Shown here: piece after piece, positions 63,579-64,000 of the stretch
How the letters are laid out: every line of letters begins with the position of its first letter
How positions within the stretch are numbered: position 1 is the stretch's first letter
Position numbers and translations under genes: made by a program
Notes under the pieces: generated by a model
Told to the model about the DNA's origin: nothing
Databases searched by the model: none
What the model saw: the letters and a program-made list of their open reading frames with translations, nothing else
From: an uncultured candidatus Brocadiaceae bacterium
GTDB lineage: Bacteria; Planctomycetota; UBA1135; UBA2386
NCBI GenBank assembly: GCA_964469555.1
Contig: CAYYAQ010000001.1
Coordinates: 58,141-122,140 of the forward strand
Length of the DNA stretch: 64,000 bases
Reading direction: 5' to 3'

Positions 63579-64000
63579 ATGAATCGTCTGTGGTTGGTGC
63601 TCAATGTTCTTCTCACGTTGATCCTCGTCGTTTGCCTGGCGACCCAGTTCGAACCCGATCCCGCGCTTGCCGAGACGAAACCCGCAACGCTGACCGCAGA
63701 GGACCTGCATGTCCTGCGGGTGGACGTCGATTCCGGTGGCCCCGAGCGCATCATGCTCTCGTTTCACGCGCCCATGGTCGACGCCGACGAGTTGGGCGGA
63801 GAACCGGCGGACCTCGGGCTGACCCTCGAACCCGAGAACCGGCTCATCGGAGTCTGGCACGACGAGGAGGCGCTCGCGTTGACGCCCGCCCGTCCGCTCC
63901 GTCGCGCGACGCGATACACGATCCACCTCGGTCGCGCTTTCATCGCCCCGAACGGTCTCCAGTTTGTGTTCGATACGCCCTCCGTCATCGTCGGCTTCGA
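63579..64000 (+). CDS. N-terminal part of a secreted/anchored protein; runs off the window end, so it is absent from the ORF track
   Basis: GGGAGG lies 4 nt upstream of ATG 63579. The product reads MNRLWLVLNVLLTLILVVCLATQ... and the frame stays open to position 64000. It may be the start of a large alpha-2-macroglobulin-like protein, but that is a guess. Confidence 0.55.
   Translation, partial: MNRLWLVLNVLLTLILVVCLATQFEPDPALAETKPATLTAEDLHVLRVDVDSGGPERIMLSFHAPMVDADELGGEPADLGLTLEPENRLIGVWHDEEALALTPARPLRRATRYTIHLGRAFIAPNGLQFVFDTPSVIVGF

Noticed and set aside
1-64000. Alternative genetic code (TGA as Gly or Trp) as the explanation for the two in-frame TGAs
   Set aside because: TGA clearly terminates many genes here, including eight ATGA/GTGA coupled junctions in the 15888-26312 operon and others at 48313, 51065, 56826, 59298 and 60362. 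So TGA is a normal stop in this genome.
1-64000. Mobile elements, prophage genes, CRISPR arrays, tRNA/rRNA genes
   Set aside because: I found no transposase, integrase or phage-like ORFs and no regularly spaced repeats. No cloverleaf-like sequence turned up in the intergenic regions I read (1119-1285, 7050-7216, 27618-28075, 47240-47557, 63291-63578). A tRNAscan/Infernal run would be the proper check.

Overview
This is a GC-rich 64-kb chromosomal segment with about 50 protein-coding genes. I recognise no rRNA, tRNA, CRISPR array, transposase or integrase. The gene content suggests a PVC-group (Planctomycetota/Verrucomicrobiota-like) bacterium, by inference only: a membrane-bound-dehydrogenase-type beta-propeller next to a five-CxxCH cytochrome, FG-GAP and PQQ-like propellers, a GldA/F/G-like ABC system, and many secreted or lipoprotein-like proteins of unknown function. 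Housekeeping anchors are glyA (partial), speA, gcvP, glpK, an FprA-like reductase, an MscS channel and an M28 peptidase. Main observations: (1) A 10.4-kb run of twelve translationally coupled genes (15888-26312) plus a convergent GT4 glycosyltransferase. It combines a dehydroquinate-synthase-like sugar-phosphate cyclase, cupin, nucleotidyltransferase, ROK kinase, DegT aminotransferase, GH4-like NAD enzyme, radical-SAM/SPASM enzyme, TIM-barrel isomerase, thymidylate-kinase-like fusion, Nudix hydrolase and three modules with no recognisable motif. I read it as a candidate aminocyclitol/pseudosugar biosynthetic system. (2) An AhpE-type peroxiredoxin fused to a glutaredoxin-like domain, with an in-frame TGA exactly at the peroxidatic Cys position (probable selenoprotein). 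(3) A seven-repeat FG-GAP secreted protein interrupted by one in-frame TGA in a C-G-[TGA]-G context, about 3.7 kb from (2). (4) A hybrid histidine kinase lacking both phospho-acceptor residues. (5) Several gene remnants, and at least five frame disruptions that would each be repaired by adding one base, which may mean assembly indel errors. The long antisense ORFs in the track are GC-rich shadow ORFs. All family assignments come from motif reading and memory; no searches were run.
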